From IMG/VR virus record IMGVR_UViG_3300017754_001947, positions 1-46,101 of that record: a stretch of DNA of 46,101 nucleotides; one strand, written 5' to 3'. Position 1 is the first letter of the stretch. Every line of letters begins with the position of its first letter. The position numbers were made by a program, and so were the translations under genes. The notes beneath the pieces are model-generated. The model was not told the origin of the DNA, searched no databases, and saw nothing but the letters and a program-made list of their open reading frames with translations. Source of the stretch: a virus. Taxonomy: Duplodnaviria; Caudoviricetes. Of this stretch, positions 46,083-46,101 are shown in pieces.

Positions 46083-46101
46083 TCAGCACTTGGACGACAG
46101 C

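Noticed and set aside
1-46101. Stop-codon reassignment as in some gut Crassvirales
   Set aside because: All large genes are uninterrupted in the standard code and pack end to end. TGA acts as a stop at the ATGA overlaps, and no TAG-fragmented ORFs are seen.
1-46101. tRNA, rRNA, CRISPR array or DGR template repeat
   Set aside because: Intergenic gaps are at most about 130 nt. I saw no cloverleaf, spaced direct repeats or reverse transcriptase.
46083-46101. 3' end of a convergent minus-strand gene
   Set aside because: Only 19 nt are visible, which is too little to support a call.

Overview
The window is a gene-dense, all-plus-strand, AT-rich phage virion and ejection module. It is best explained as a crAss-like (Crassvirales-type) podovirus with a probable Bacteroidota host, since leaders are A-rich and lack Shine-Dalgarno sequences. 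It reads intact in the standard code. Gene order: a truncated auxiliary capsid-like gene and terminator; a portal-vertex-like gene; a cluster of very Cys-rich proteins (an uncalled 57-aa CxxC/CGC ORF, an Asp-box propeller protein, FN3-bearing proteins) and terminator; an HU/IHF-like gene; two tail ring genes split by a free-standing GIY-YIG endonuclease; a 1690-aa muzzle/tail-stabilisation protein; three cargo proteins sharing xGG motifs; a 985-aa ejection protein; three giant ATGA-coupled proteins (1966, 3461 and 1938 aa; the middle one is a single-chain virion RNA polymerase with DFDID); and an uncalled 46-aa basic ORF. Most notable observations: (1) the only cysteines I found in the ~7,400 aa of the giant proteins sit at facing C- and N-termini, suggesting a disulfide-linked ejection chain; (2) a CCC-TAA +1 frameshift candidate that adds a motif-bearing tail to a cargo protein; (3) a shared GG-x-L-x-[KR]-[YF] / xGG motif across cargo proteins; (4) domains nested inside other domains in the giant proteins. 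Family calls rest on motifs, synteny and recall, not on database searches.
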